Notes: generated by a model from the letters alone, not told the origin. A DNA stretch of 64,000 nt from Promethearchaeota archaeon (GCA_016839705.1 JAEOTR010000044.1:1-64000), one strand, 5' to 3'; positions 41,552-51,865 are shown, counted from the first letter of the stretch. A program made the numbers and translations.

Positions 41552-41627
41552 AATCCATACCTGAGCAAGGGTTTCATCAAATAACTTTCTACGAGAGGCT
41601 TTTTTATTTGAGTCATTACTATGGATT
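41552..41627 (-). promoter_or_regulatory. Eukaryote-like SECIS element in 3' UTR
   Basis: Minus strand: helix I AAUCCAUA/UAUGGAUU; core AUGAC...UGAA; helix II UCAAAUAA/UUAUUUGA; apical AAAA run; starts 4 nt after the TAA of the UGA-containing ORF. Confidence 0.8.
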
Positions 41628-41631
41628 TTTT

Positions 41632-42552
41632 TTAGTCACAATCTTCTGCTTGTTGTTTATTAATTTTGATAAATGCTTCCTCTTGAAGATTTCGTTGTTT
41701 TGATTTGATAGTTCGATTTACTTGACTTAAATGTTTCATGGCATTATTTTTTCCGTTTTTAATATTTTCAATCAATTCTTCTTTACTAAATCCTCCAGAA
41801 ATGACAATTGCTGTTTGAAATGATTGGTTAGGTTCCAATGTCTTAAATTCTATTTGTAAAGCAGATAAAACTTCTCCTGGGTCTTTATATAATGTATTAG
41901 AAAGGTTTAAATTATTCTGATTGATTATGAAATCTCTTGTTAAACATGTCTGGTAATTAGTTGATTTAGAGATAGGAGAAAATCCACCGTGCAAGCCAGT
42001 GTTATCATATTGATAAATTATATCATTTTCTTCGTCATATCCAGATAGATCATTATCAAAACCATCAAGTCCATTTATATCAAAATCAAAGACAAAATAC
42101 ATCGAAAAATCTTTCATTGCAAAATCTGAAATATTTTTCATAGTAAAGAAAGTACTAATATAGGGTACTTGTGGGGGATTAAATATGTCTTTGTAAACAC
42201 GAACAAACTCCTTCTTTTGTAATGGAACAGATTTTATGATATTTTCCCGTACTAATTTCTTAAGATACTCCGTTATATTGAAATCCAAGGTAATTCTGCT
42301 TATTGCAGTCCCCTTACGAGTATTTACCATATTATATATTGGCGTGGGTTCGATGTTTTTTAATATTACCGGGATTGTCCCGATTCCTTTTCCTTCTAGT
42401 TTAAAACTGAACCATGGACCAGTTAATTCTTGTTCACTAAGATAAATGAGATATTTTCCCTTATATGTAAGTTCTTTTATTGAAAATCCCATGACATATC
42501 CAGCAGCGTTTCAAGTTGTGAGCACATCGTGCCAATCTACCTTAATTACTAT
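41632..42552 (-). CDS. Candidate selenoprotein of unknown family (~306 aa, Sec at codon 14)
   Basis: Frame continues upstream of track Met through a single TGA (42511-42513): (M)VIKVDWHDVLTT-U-NAAGYVMGFSIKEL; AAGGAGGT SD 9 nt before ATA at 42552; SECIS downstream; exact start uncertain. Confidence 0.75.
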
Positions 42553-42719
42553 CTTATTTTAACCTCCTTCAATTAACTATAATTCTCCAATTTTTTAATG
42601 ATTAGTATATCACTACTTTAAGAGAAGGGGAATTTATAAAAAATACTGTATAAATATCAAGAGTAAAATTTAAGTAAATTTTTGAGTATATTCAAGAACA
42701 AATGGAAAATTTATATATA

Positions 42720-43706
42720 TTAGTATAATGCCTCAATAACTCTATAAGCTACATAAAAAAATGCGTCGTTTACATTTTCTCCCGTTTTCGCGCTTGTTAA
42801 AATGTAATGAAAACCATAACTCTTGGCAACTTCCTTTATGTCATCTTTACTTATCACTATTTGATCTCCTAAGTCTGATTTATTTCCCACTATAATAATA
42901 GGGATATTTTTGGGAATAGATGCTTTTAAATCTTTATACCATTTTTCAACACTATCAAGATTTTCTTGACGAGTTCTATCAATCACAATAAAAGCAGCAT
43001 TAGCACCATTATAAAATCTTGCTCTATAGGGTGCCATCTGAAAACTCTGACCTCCAATGTCCCAAATTATGAAGTTCATTTTATTATGATCAGTTAAGTT
43101 AATCGTTTTTTTTGAGATCTGTACACCTATAGTAGAAATATAATCTTCTTTAAAGGTGTTTTCCACAAATCTTCTAATTAGAGATGTCTTACCTACTAAG
43201 AAGTCACCTGTTAATATTACTTTATTTGAATATTCCCCGGCTAATTTAGGAAGCGCTCCCGCTCTTGTCTTCGCTAAAGCTTTTATAATTTCAGGAATTT
43301 CAGTAGATACTTCCTCATTTCCATCTAAAATTAATTCTATTTTGCCAGCTATATGTTCTGAATATACTTTTAATTCGATATCACTTGTTAATTGATCTGT
43401 TACTGTTGTCAAAATTGATTGAGGACCTTGTGAACAAAACGCAAACTTATTTTCTTCTGTTGAGGTTATATTAAAGAAATTACCCTGAGATCCAAATTCA
43501 CTTTTAATTCTCTCAATATAATTATCAAGAATAGCTGAGATCGCACCAAGCACGGAATCCGATTCTTCTTCCTCACCTTCTTTGAACTCAGAAGCGATAA
43601 TAAAACCATCCCTATCACAGATCGCAACACCCAATATACCCTCTACTTCTTCAAAGTAGTTTTTCAAGATCTCTTTTAAGAGTTTACTACTTGGAAGTTT
43701 TTCCAT
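42720..43706 (-). CDS. Roadblock + Rab-like small GTPase fusion
   Basis: EGILGVAICDRDGFII; GDFLVGKTS, YISTIG, WDIGGQ, NKSD, TSAKTG; paralogous to C-terminal half of 23112-25175. Confidence 0.9.
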   Translation of the reverse strand: MEKLPSSKLLKEILKNYFEEVEGILGVAICDRDGFIIASEFKEGEEEESDSVLGAISAILDNYIERIKSEFGSQGNFFNITSTEENKFAFCSQGPQSILTTVTDQLTSDIELKVYSEHIAGKIELILDGNEEVSTEIPEIIKALAKTRAGALPKLAGEYSNKVILTGDFLVGKTSLIRRFVENTFKEDYISTIGVQISKKTINLTDHNKMNFIIWDIGGQSFQMAPYRARFYNGANAAFIVIDRTRQENLDSVEKWYKDLKASIPKNIPIIIVGNKSDLGDQIVISKDDIKEVAKSYGFHYILTSAKTGENVNDAFFYVAYRVIEALY

Positions 43707-43830
43707 CGATACTCAACCTTATAGTTAGAAGTATTAAGAATATAATATCATTAGATAATATAAATATAGGTATTTAGATATTACTATAATCATATTTCTG
43801 AGGACATCACCATACCATATTATTTTTTAT

Positions 43831-44031
43831 TTGATTTTTAAAGATCTATTATTTATGATAAGAGATTCCTCCACTGAAGATAACACAAGAGATATCACCA
43901 ATTTTGAAGAAAATATTACAAATATCTTAGACCGGGCTGTAAAACTCTTTAGAAGAACAGATCTCCCTGAACTTGCAGATAAATGGGACAAAATACTAAA
44001 TACATATCGTTCTAAAAAGAAAAATACTTGA
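43831..44031 (+). CDS. Small hypothetical protein or gene remnant
   Basis: 66-codon ORF with plausible helical composition in an otherwise empty gap. Confidence 0.4.
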   Translation: MIFKDLLFMIRDSSTEDNTRDITNFEENITNILDRAVKLFRRTDLPELADKWDKILNTYRSKKKNT

Positions 44032-44095
44032 TTTGGATTGATATTTTTTTCAATATTTGAGATGTTTTCACAATAGTCATAAAACTAAATTTGGT

Positions 44096-44668
44096 TTATA
44101 GAATCCCTTTAGTCGAAGGAATATCATTTGAAACTATCGTTTTTGCTTGTTTGATAGCCCTGGCCAGAGCTTTAAACGTTGCTTCGACTTTATGGTGCTG
44201 ATCTTCTCCATAAAGGATATGAAGATGAAGGTTCATTTTTGCATTTTCTGCAAAAGAAGTAAAAAAATGTTTGATATCTTCAATAGCAACGTCTTCTATC
44301 TCACATTCATTTAAGTTTAAGTTGAGAATCAAAGCTTGTCGACCGCTAAAATCTAATACACATCTCGCAAGGGTTTCATCCATTGGAATTAAGGCAGATC
44401 CATATCGATTTATGCCTTTTTTATCACCTAGAGCTTTTTGAAAGCTTTCTCCGAGTGCTATTCCAATATCCTCGACAATGTGATGAGTAAGATCTCCTTG
44501 TGCTGTTACCTCAAGATCACAATTAGAGTGTTTTGCTAACAATCTTAACATGTGATCTAAAAATTTTACACTAGTATCAATTTTATTTTCCCCAGAGCCA
44601 TCCAGGTTTAGCTCAATTGATATTTCGGTTTCACTTGTTTTTCTTATAACATTAACGGTTCTTACCAT
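44096..44668 (-). CDS. hisB: Imidazoleglycerol-phosphate dehydratase
   Basis: RKTSET, FLDHML, HHIVED, PMDE, HHKVE, PSTKG. Confidence 0.97.
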   Translation of the reverse strand: MVRTVNVIRKTSETEISIELNLDGSGENKIDTSVKFLDHMLRLLAKHSNCDLEVTAQGDLTHHIVEDIGIALGESFQKALGDKKGINRYGSALIPMDETLARCVLDFSGRQALILNLNLNECEIEDVAIEDIKHFFTSFAENAKMNLHLHILYGEDQHHKVEATFKALARAIKQAKTIVSNDIPSTKGIL

Positions 44669-44735
44669 ATTGTTATCACCGAAGAATAATATTAATGCAA
44701 AGATTATATTTTTTGGGAAATTTCAATTAAGTATT

Positions 44736-46142
44736 ATGCTTAAAATTTCATTTATTGGTGCGGGATCTTTAGTTTTTGGAAGAAATCTTCTTACCGATAT
44801 TGTAATGTTCCCCTCAATTCGTAAAGATACCATAATTTGCCTTGAAGATATAGATCCAAAGCGCTTAGATTTGATGTTTAACTATATGCAAAAATATAAA
44901 GAGGATTATCCCAAAAACACAGAAGGGATTACTTTTGAAAAAACAACAAATCAGAAAAAGGCTGTGGAAGATGCAAAATATATTATTAATGCGGTTCATG
45001 TCGGGGGTTTAGAAGCTTATAAATTAGATATAGAAATCCCTTTCAAGTATGGTGTGAGTCAATGTATCGGAGATTCTCTAGGTCCAGGAGGAATTTTCCG
45101 TTTTTTGAGAAGTATATCATTTTTTCAATCCCTATTAAAAGATATTCAAGATGTAGGATATAATGAAGGAAACGAGGGTATCCAACCCCTTATCCTTAAC
45201 TACACTAATCCTATGGCAATGAACACCTGGTATTGTAATAATTTAGTTTCAAATTCTACAGTGGGATTATGTCACGGTGTTCAAGGTACTGCTGAATGGT
45301 TGGGATATATGATCAGTTCCATGAGATCGAGCAAGCTTACAATTGAAAATTTCAGTTATTTGTGCGCAGGAATCAATCACATGGCTTGGTTTCTCGAAGT
45401 TCGATATAAGGATTCCACAAATTCTAACTCTCTATGGACGGATGCCTATCCTATCATTCGTGAATTTATAAGAAACAACCCTAAAGCCGTCGTAAGGGAA
45501 AAACTCCGGAATAACATGATGGAGGCAACAGGATTTTACATGACAGAGTCATCAGGTCATCTATCTGAATATCTCCCTTATTATCGTAAGAGAGAAGATC
45601 TTTTAGAGAAGTATAAAGGTGGCAATAAGGGTCATCCGAGTTTAAAACATTCAGAAGATTATAATATGCAAGTTCAATATCAAGGACAATTGGAAGAATG
45701 GTTCCTGAAACAAATGAAATATGAAAAATTAAGATCCAAAGAGAAACCATCTGGAGAATATGCTTCTAAAATAATTAATGCAATGGAAACTGGAATCCCA
45801 TTTCGTTTTAATGGAAATATTCAAAATACAGAGGGAAGTTTAATAACCAATTTGCCTAAAGAATGTTGTGTGGAAATTCCGATCTTTGCTGATGCGCATG
45901 GGCTACACCCTCAAGGAGGAATTGAATTACCGACAATATGTCAAGCACTTTGCATGTCAAATATAATGGTACAAAAAGCGGCAGTAGAGGGAGCACTTGA
46001 ATTAAATAAAGAGAGAATTTTTCATGCTGTGATGCTAGATCCCAATACAGCAAGTGTTAGTTCTCCTACGGAAATTCGAGAGATGGTAGATGAAATGTTC
46101 GAAAAGGAAGCAAAATGGATACCTAATTTTAACGGTTCATGA
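44736..46142 (+). CDS. GH4 alpha-galactosidase/glucosidase (MelA-like)
   Basis: KISFIGAGS, GDSLGPGG, NYTNPM, GLCHGV, GINHMAW, TESSGHLSEY. Confidence 0.92.
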   Translation: MLKISFIGAGSLVFGRNLLTDIVMFPSIRKDTIICLEDIDPKRLDLMFNYMQKYKEDYPKNTEGITFEKTTNQKKAVEDAKYIINAVHVGGLEAYKLDIEIPFKYGVSQCIGDSLGPGGIFRFLRSISFFQSLLKDIQDVGYNEGNEGIQPLILNYTNPMAMNTWYCNNLVSNSTVGLCHGVQGTAEWLGYMISSMRSSKLTIENFSYLCAGINHMAWFLEVRYKDSTNSNSLWTDAYPIIREFIRNNPKAVVREKLRNNMMEATGFYMTESSGHLSEYLPYYRKREDLLEKYKGGNKGHPSLKHSEDYNMQVQYQGQLEEWFLKQMKYEKLRSKEKPSGEYASKIINAMETGIPFRFNGNIQNTEGSLITNLPKECCVEIPIFADAHGLHPQGGIELPTICQALCMSNIMVQKAAVEGALELNKERIFHAVMLDPNTASVSSPTEIREMVDEMFEKEAKWIPNFNGS

Positions 46143-48048
46143 ATTTTAAAATATGTTGCTTTTGTGAACCTGGAATCGCGTAGATTCTAAATACAAGATC
46201 ATCTATCTCTTTTTGTATATTTTCCAATTTTTTACTATCTTTTTCATTAGACCACAATAAGATTTTAGTTCTTTCAATTATTTTTAATGCAATTTCTTTT
46301 TCTTTTTCATTATTGGGAACTTTAATAGGGAGATCTTTAATTTTTTCAATTAGGATTCTTGGAAACAACTTTTTATAAGAACCGAATAACTTTAGAAAAA
46401 AATAAGATAAAAGTAAAGAATTTAATATTCCAAGAAAATATATATTGTTAAATTCCATAATAGGAGATTGACAAACTTTTAAATTATAGAACGATTGAGA
46501 GGTGAAAGATAAATCTTTATCATATGTGGCACAGATTAAGTTATTCTGGCTTAATTGTCTAATTATAATCCGATCCTTATAGATTTCTGAATTCTTATAG
46601 TTAATTCCTTTTTTTTTTACTTCAATATATTTATAATTACGGATTTGATAACGCTGTATTGAATCTATAAATAATTCAAAACACCTCTTTTTATTTTGAG
46701 GAATTAAATCAAAGATAATTTTTTCAATATTTCCTTCTTCTAGATAAGTTTTACAGTCAGGACAAACAAATTCCTTTTTAGGTATTGGAAAATATTTTTT
46801 ACACTCTTTACAATAGATTATCTCTCCTTTTTTTGTTAATTCAACCCCCCTACTCAATAAAAACTTAAAACCATCTTTTACCATTAGTTCTCGCAATTTA
46901 GGAAAATTCTCGGTTAAATAAATAATGATTGAAATATCATCTTCATCAAGGTGAATTAAAAACTTATAACCCCAGCTTTTCAAAGACTTTTGAAGGATCT
47001 CTTTTTGTGGTTGATTTTCAATTTTAACTTTAATCCAATTATTCTCTCTCTCTTCGATGTTTGGTTCTTTTTTCAAAATTAGAATCATGTTAGAAACAAC
47101 AGGATCTTCGAATTTGGGACCAGAATGATAAATTTCTTTTATATTTGTAGTATCAAAGATGTATTTCCTAATTTTTGAACGGTTTGAGAGTGCCAGTAAG
47201 GAATCTGGAACAATATAACCCAGTACTCCTCTTTTTTTTAATAATTTTATACCAAGTTCAATAAAAATTTGAAAATAATCATATTGACCTTTTCCCGTTT
47301 TAAAATTCATGTTCTTGATAACTTGGCGCTGTACTCTAGGTATATCTCTTATAAATAAATATGGGGGATTTCCAACAATAAAATCAAATTGCTCAGGTTT
47401 ATCAATTATCATAGCATCAAGATTTTTTATATTAAAAAGCGGTAAATGATAATCCTCTTCCTCCTCTTTAATTAATTTAACAATTTCAAAGAGACAATGA
47501 TGAATATTAATTTGACACAAAATGCAAGCCACAGGATTTATATCTATACCATAAATCGTCTCATTTATACTCTTGATAATAGTTTTTGCTTCTAATAGTA
47601 ATAACTCCTGAATTTCTCTGTGGTTGTATATTTTAAGATATCTTAAAATTAAAATTCTAATTGCGAAAATTACAAAATTACCAACACCACAACTCAGATC
47701 TATTATTTTTTTGTTTTCAATTTCATTAGAGGATCCATACCCAGCTGCTTCCAAGATATAACTAACAATAGAATTAGGAGTATAATACTGTCCCAAGCCT
47801 TTTCTTTCTTCACGTTTTAAAAAATCTTCGTAAATTGCTCCCAAGAATTCATAATTTGAATTTAACACTTCACCATTCTCATTCTGTACATCTATCTCTT
47901 TAATAAGATTAAATAAGAAATTCTCTCTTTCTAATTGTTCTGGATCTACTTGATAATACTCAAACAGCTTTTTTAGTAAATCTTCTTTTTCTAGATAGTC
48001 ACTGAAATCTTTCATATCTGAGAAGAATTCGACATCAATACTTAACAA
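46129..48048 (-). CDS. Gamma-class N6-adenine DNA methyltransferase (TaqI/Eco57I-M-like) with Zn-ribbon insert, no nuclease domain seen
   Basis: GQYYTP, DLSCGVGNF, GNPPY, YFLGILNS; CKEC...CPDC insert. Confidence 0.88.
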   Translation of the reverse strand: MLSIDVEFFSDMKDFSDYLEKEDLLKKLFEYYQVDPEQLERENFLFNLIKEIDVQNENGEVLNSNYEFLGAIYEDFLKREERKGLGQYYTPNSIVSYILEAAGYGSSNEIENKKIIDLSCGVGNFVIFAIRILILRYLKIYNHREIQELLLLEAKTIIKSINETIYGIDINPVACILCQINIHHCLFEIVKLIKEEEEDYHLPLFNIKNLDAMIIDKPEQFDFIVGNPPYLFIRDIPRVQRQVIKNMNFKTGKGQYDYFQIFIELGIKLLKKRGVLGYIVPDSLLALSNRSKIRKYIFDTTNIKEIYHSGPKFEDPVVSNMILILKKEPNIEERENNWIKVKIENQPQKEILQKSLKSWGYKFLIHLDEDDISIIIYLTENFPKLRELMVKDGFKFLLSRGVELTKKGEIIYCKECKKYFPIPKKEFVCPDCKTYLEEGNIEKIIFDLIPQNKKRCFELFIDSIQRYQIRNYKYIEVKKKGINYKNSEIYKDRIIIRQLSQNNLICATYDKDLSFTSQSFYNLKVCQSPIMEFNNIYFLGILNSLLLSYFFLKLFGSYKKLFPRILIEKIKDLPIKVPNNEKEKEIALKIIERTKILLWSNEKDSKKLENIQKEIDDLVFRIYAIPGSQKQHILKFMNR

Positions 48049-48235
48049 TAGGGTTATATTCTATTTTTTCTTTTTTATTTGCTATTTAATAGGATATTAT
48101 AATTATGAATCTGTTTTAGTTATGAGAAATAATGAAAAATGAAAAGGGTTCCAATTTATTACACATTTATATAATAATGAACTATATATCTCTTATCTAA
48201 ATAATGAAATTCAATCCCTTAGCTAAGAAACTATT

Positions 48236-49339
48236 ATGATTTTAAGTTTAATCTCGATTATCATATCAACCATTATTTCTGTATTTGGCATTACTTTTGT
48301 TATTTTAAATTGGGAAAATTATGGGACAATTTTAAATACAGTTCTTAACATCTTTCTTTATTTGTTTTTAGGTATGATTTTCCTACCTTTATATGTTTTA
48401 TCAACCGATACGTTTTTAACCCCAAATATAGCCTTGATGCTATGGAGATTGTCAATCGTTTTTTGGATTATATCTATAGCTGTGTTAAGTATTATTCAAA
48501 TTTTCATAATTAAAGTCAGAAGAATAACTCCCCTACCCTCAATTTTCTACGCCCTAATAGGTGGCTTAATATTAAGTTTAACTTATCTTTCTAATTCTAT
48601 TGAAATTTTCCAGGTAAGCCCAAATAACTATTATTTCGTTTTTAACAATTTAGGTTTAATAACAATTCTTTTAGTATATAATCTAATGATATTTTCTTTT
48701 ATGTGGTATAACATAATAATTAATTTCTCAAAATTTCGCGATAAACAAATTGGAAAGAATTTAGGATTTCTCACGCTTAATTTCTCTTTCATCATAATAT
48801 TTTACTCTTTATATTTAATTTTTCAGAATATTCTATTTGAATATATCTATATATCAATATATCTAGTTGGGGCATTGATCGCAACTTATAATATATATAA
48901 GAAGCCTGCTTTGTTCATTGAACTTACTAATAAGATATATAACTTTATCATATTCCATAAGAGTGGGATTTTATTGTATTCGTATAATTTTGAAACTGGA
49001 AAAGAAACAGATGATTCTCTACTGAAGGGTTCAATACTAATTGGGATAAATCACATATTATCAAGTTTAGTAGATAAAAAAGAGCAATTAAACCTCATTA
49101 AGATGAAGGATAGAGATATACTCTTTGAATACGATACTTCAAATGGTTACGCGATTTTGCTAACGACAAATCATAAAAATACTTTTATTAAGAAAGCGGT
49201 GAGGAGTTTTATGGAAGAATTTTCTAAATTAAATTATGAAAAGTTTGAAAATATGAACGGTTTAATAGATGTTTCAGAATTCGGAAATGCGAAAAAACTA
49301 ATTCTTGAATTTTTTGCCCCTTATATAATAAATCATTAA
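48236..49339 (+). CDS. ~7TM membrane protein with C-terminal longin-like domain
   Basis: ~220 hydrophobic residues then ELTNKIYNFIIFHKSGILLYSYNF. Confidence 0.75.
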   Translation: MILSLISIIISTIISVFGITFVILNWENYGTILNTVLNIFLYLFLGMIFLPLYVLSTDTFLTPNIALMLWRLSIVFWIISIAVLSIIQIFIIKVRRITPLPSIFYALIGGLILSLTYLSNSIEIFQVSPNNYYFVFNNLGLITILLVYNLMIFSFMWYNIIINFSKFRDKQIGKNLGFLTLNFSFIIIFYSLYLIFQNILFEYIYISIYLVGALIATYNIYKKPALFIELTNKIYNFIIFHKSGILLYSYNFETGKETDDSLLKGSILIGINHILSSLVDKKEQLNLIKMKDRDILFEYDTSNGYAILLTTNHKNTFIKKAVRSFMEEFSKLNYEKFENMNGLIDVSEFGNAKKLILEFFAPYIINH

Positions 49340-49550
49340 ATTTCTCTAAGTAAGAAGCTTTGCAAATCTAGGGATTTTTCATATATTTAGCTTTATTTGA
49401 CATAAATGTATATTTCATAAGAAAAAATCTTAATTATTAACTTGTGTTCTATAATATTCATTAGAATGTTTGTTTGAAATTTCAAGCGAAAAGAAATCAA
49501 AAACGATTAAATAAATTAATAAAGAAAATTTCTGCTAATTAGACAAATAG

Positions 49551-50696
49551 ATGTACGCTGTATTCTTTATTTTATTAGAAATTGGGTATTTTTCCATTTT
49601 ATGTTTATGTGTGTTTACCTTAATTCAAATTATTCGATTTCAACAAAATTATGGAGTGAAATTTATAGCATTTTTAAACTTCTTAACGATCTTCAATGTC
49701 ATTCTCATCTATTCCTCTATCTATATCAGTTCAATTACCATATATTTCTCCGACACCATCAATATTATCATGTGGAAGATTTCAATAGTTTCTGGTTTTG
49801 TGAGTCTAATTTTAACATCTTTGATTTTCACCTTCTTAAAAGAATATAAAAAAATTCCAGATTTTCCCTTTTTAATTTTTATTGCACTTCTTGGATTTTT
49901 AATTGGAGCGTTATTTTATCCTGATTCAATTCAAATAGAGATAAGTATCTCAAATACTCCTCCCTTCTTCTTGTTAGATCCTTCTCACATTAATTATTCG
50001 TATAATATAATAACGGGGTTAATAATAAGTATATTCCAAGGTTCCATTGTGTTCTATTACTTCATTCTCTCCTATATGATTTATACAAAAGCTAGAAATA
50101 AAGATATTACTAAAGGACTTATCTATAATACCATTATTTTTACAGTTCCAATAATAATGTATATCTTATACCTCACCCTTAATCTTCCTATTTTTAGGGA
50201 ATTACATATCCTTAGTTTATGGATTACAATATCTGGCTTATGTGTACTTCTACTTAAGAAACCTGAAATGTTCTTGGAATTGACAAATAAAATTTATTAT
50301 ATTAATATCTATCATAAGTCTGGAATTTTACTTTATTCTTATCACTTCGATAAGTCTCAAGACGAAATAGATTCAGCGATTTGGGGAAATATTCTAATAG
50401 GCCTTAACCATATTTTATCTGAATTCGTAGATAAACATAATCAAATCGATGTTCTTCAAACGAGAAATACAGATATAATTGTAAATTATGACGAGTTTGG
50501 TTTTGCGGTTGTTTTAATTACGAACAAAAAAAATGCTATTTTGAATAATTTAATGAAGCAATTTACATTAAAATTTAGAAATAAATATAAAAATGAATTA
50601 CTTGAAATTCAAGATCTCAATAAATTAATAAATGTCTCCGAGTTTACTGAAACAAAAGAATTAATTGAAAAAGACTTTAGTCTCTACCTCTCGTAA
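49551..50696 (+). CDS. ~7TM membrane protein with C-terminal longin-like domain (tandem paralog)
   Basis: Same layout, ELTNKIYYINIYHKSGILLYSYHF, GNILIGLNHILS. Confidence 0.75.
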   Translation: MYAVFFILLEIGYFSILCLCVFTLIQIIRFQQNYGVKFIAFLNFLTIFNVILIYSSIYISSITIYFSDTINIIMWKISIVSGFVSLILTSLIFTFLKEYKKIPDFPFLIFIALLGFLIGALFYPDSIQIEISISNTPPFFLLDPSHINYSYNIITGLIISIFQGSIVFYYFILSYMIYTKARNKDITKGLIYNTIIFTVPIIMYILYLTLNLPIFRELHILSLWITISGLCVLLLKKPEMFLELTNKIYYINIYHKSGILLYSYHFDKSQDEIDSAIWGNILIGLNHILSEFVDKHNQIDVLQTRNTDIIVNYDEFGFAVVLITNKKNAILNNLMKQFTLKFRNKYKNELLEIQDLNKLINVSEFTETKELIEKDFSLYLS

Positions 50697-50841
50697 TATC
50701 TATTTTGAAGCGTATAATTTTAGTAATTTCTTCAAATAATTAAGCTACAAATTTAGACTATGAAAATTTTTAATATTATCAAAATAAATTACTCTTAAAC
50801 TAAAAAACTGAATTTATTTGTATTATTTTTGGTGTTTAAAA

Positions 50842-51435
50842 ATGTCATTAAAATTTTGCCCTAAATGTGGAAATAAATTAGAAACAGATGCATCTTTTTG
50901 TGATGCATGTGGAGCAGACTTAAAAATTAGAACAGAAATCCCTAGTGAAGTCTCTCCTGCATTAACACAAACCGCTCAAGAACCGAAATTGAAACCAAAA
51001 AGAGTAATATATGCTTACTCTTTAAAAAGAATAATCGCACAAATCCTTGACAGTATTTTTATCATTTTGATTGGATCTGCCTTTTCATGGCTCCTAATTA
51101 ACCCTTGGTTTCCTATAAATTTCTTTGATCCATTTAGAGCATGGTGGTTTACGTTTCCTTTTGATTGGTTTGCAGGATTTTTATACCATTGGTTAATGGA
51201 AGCGAATAATAATGGTCAAACATTAGGTAAAATGGTACTAAGTATTAGGACTGTTGATGAAAAAACTCTTGGGCAAGCGAATTCTAGGAATTTAGCAATA
51301 AATAATATTTTCAAAGGTTCACCTCTTCTATTATTAGATATACTTATTGGAATGGCAAAAAATTCTGGAGATCCTAAGAAAAGGCTTAGAATCATGCAAA
51401 ATGTCTCAGAAACAGTAGTGATCTTTGTTAAGTAA
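50842..51435 (+). CDS. Zinc-ribbon + RDD family membrane protein
   Basis: FCPKCG...FCDACG; KRIIAQILD; GQTLGK. Confidence 0.85.
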   Translation: MSLKFCPKCGNKLETDASFCDACGADLKIRTEIPSEVSPALTQTAQEPKLKPKRVIYAYSLKRIIAQILDSIFIILIGSAFSWLLINPWFPINFFDPFRAWWFTFPFDWFAGFLYHWLMEANNNGQTLGKMVLSIRTVDEKTLGQANSRNLAINNIFKGSPLLLLDILIGMAKNSGDPKKRLRIMQNVSETVVIFVK

Positions 51436-51514
51436 GACACTCCAATATTTATATTAACTTTTTTCCTAACTTTAATACTTATTCAGAAAATTGCTGGCTC
51501 CTTAATATTTATAA

Positions 51515-51754
51515 ATGTGTATTAATATGAATAAAAGTATGCCAAGAATGCAAATATGTCAAGATGGTGAATGGGCTCGTGATTGGGAAATCATTGTGAA
51601 AATATTTGATACGATCGATAATTTACAATCACAATTTGAGCAATTAGACGTTACCTATTTACGTGAAATACAACAAAAAATTCTAATTTTAAACCTTGAA
51701 AAATACGCGTTTTCCCTTCAAAATTATATTATTCAGAAATATTCGCAAGATTAA
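51515..51754 (+). CDS. Small hypothetical protein
   Basis: 79-aa ORF with helical composition filling the gap. Confidence 0.55.
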   Translation: MCINMNKSMPRMQICQDGEWARDWEIIVKIFDTIDNLQSQFEQLDVTYLREIQQKILILNLEKYAFSLQNYIIQKYSQD

Positions 51755-51865
51755 TTCATCTGATAATATTTGATGCTAAAATTTTGGGTAGATCGTAAAT
51801 TGTGGAAATCTATATTAAGCAACTTTGCAAATATATATAGAAAGATACAATCTTGTGACTAATTT

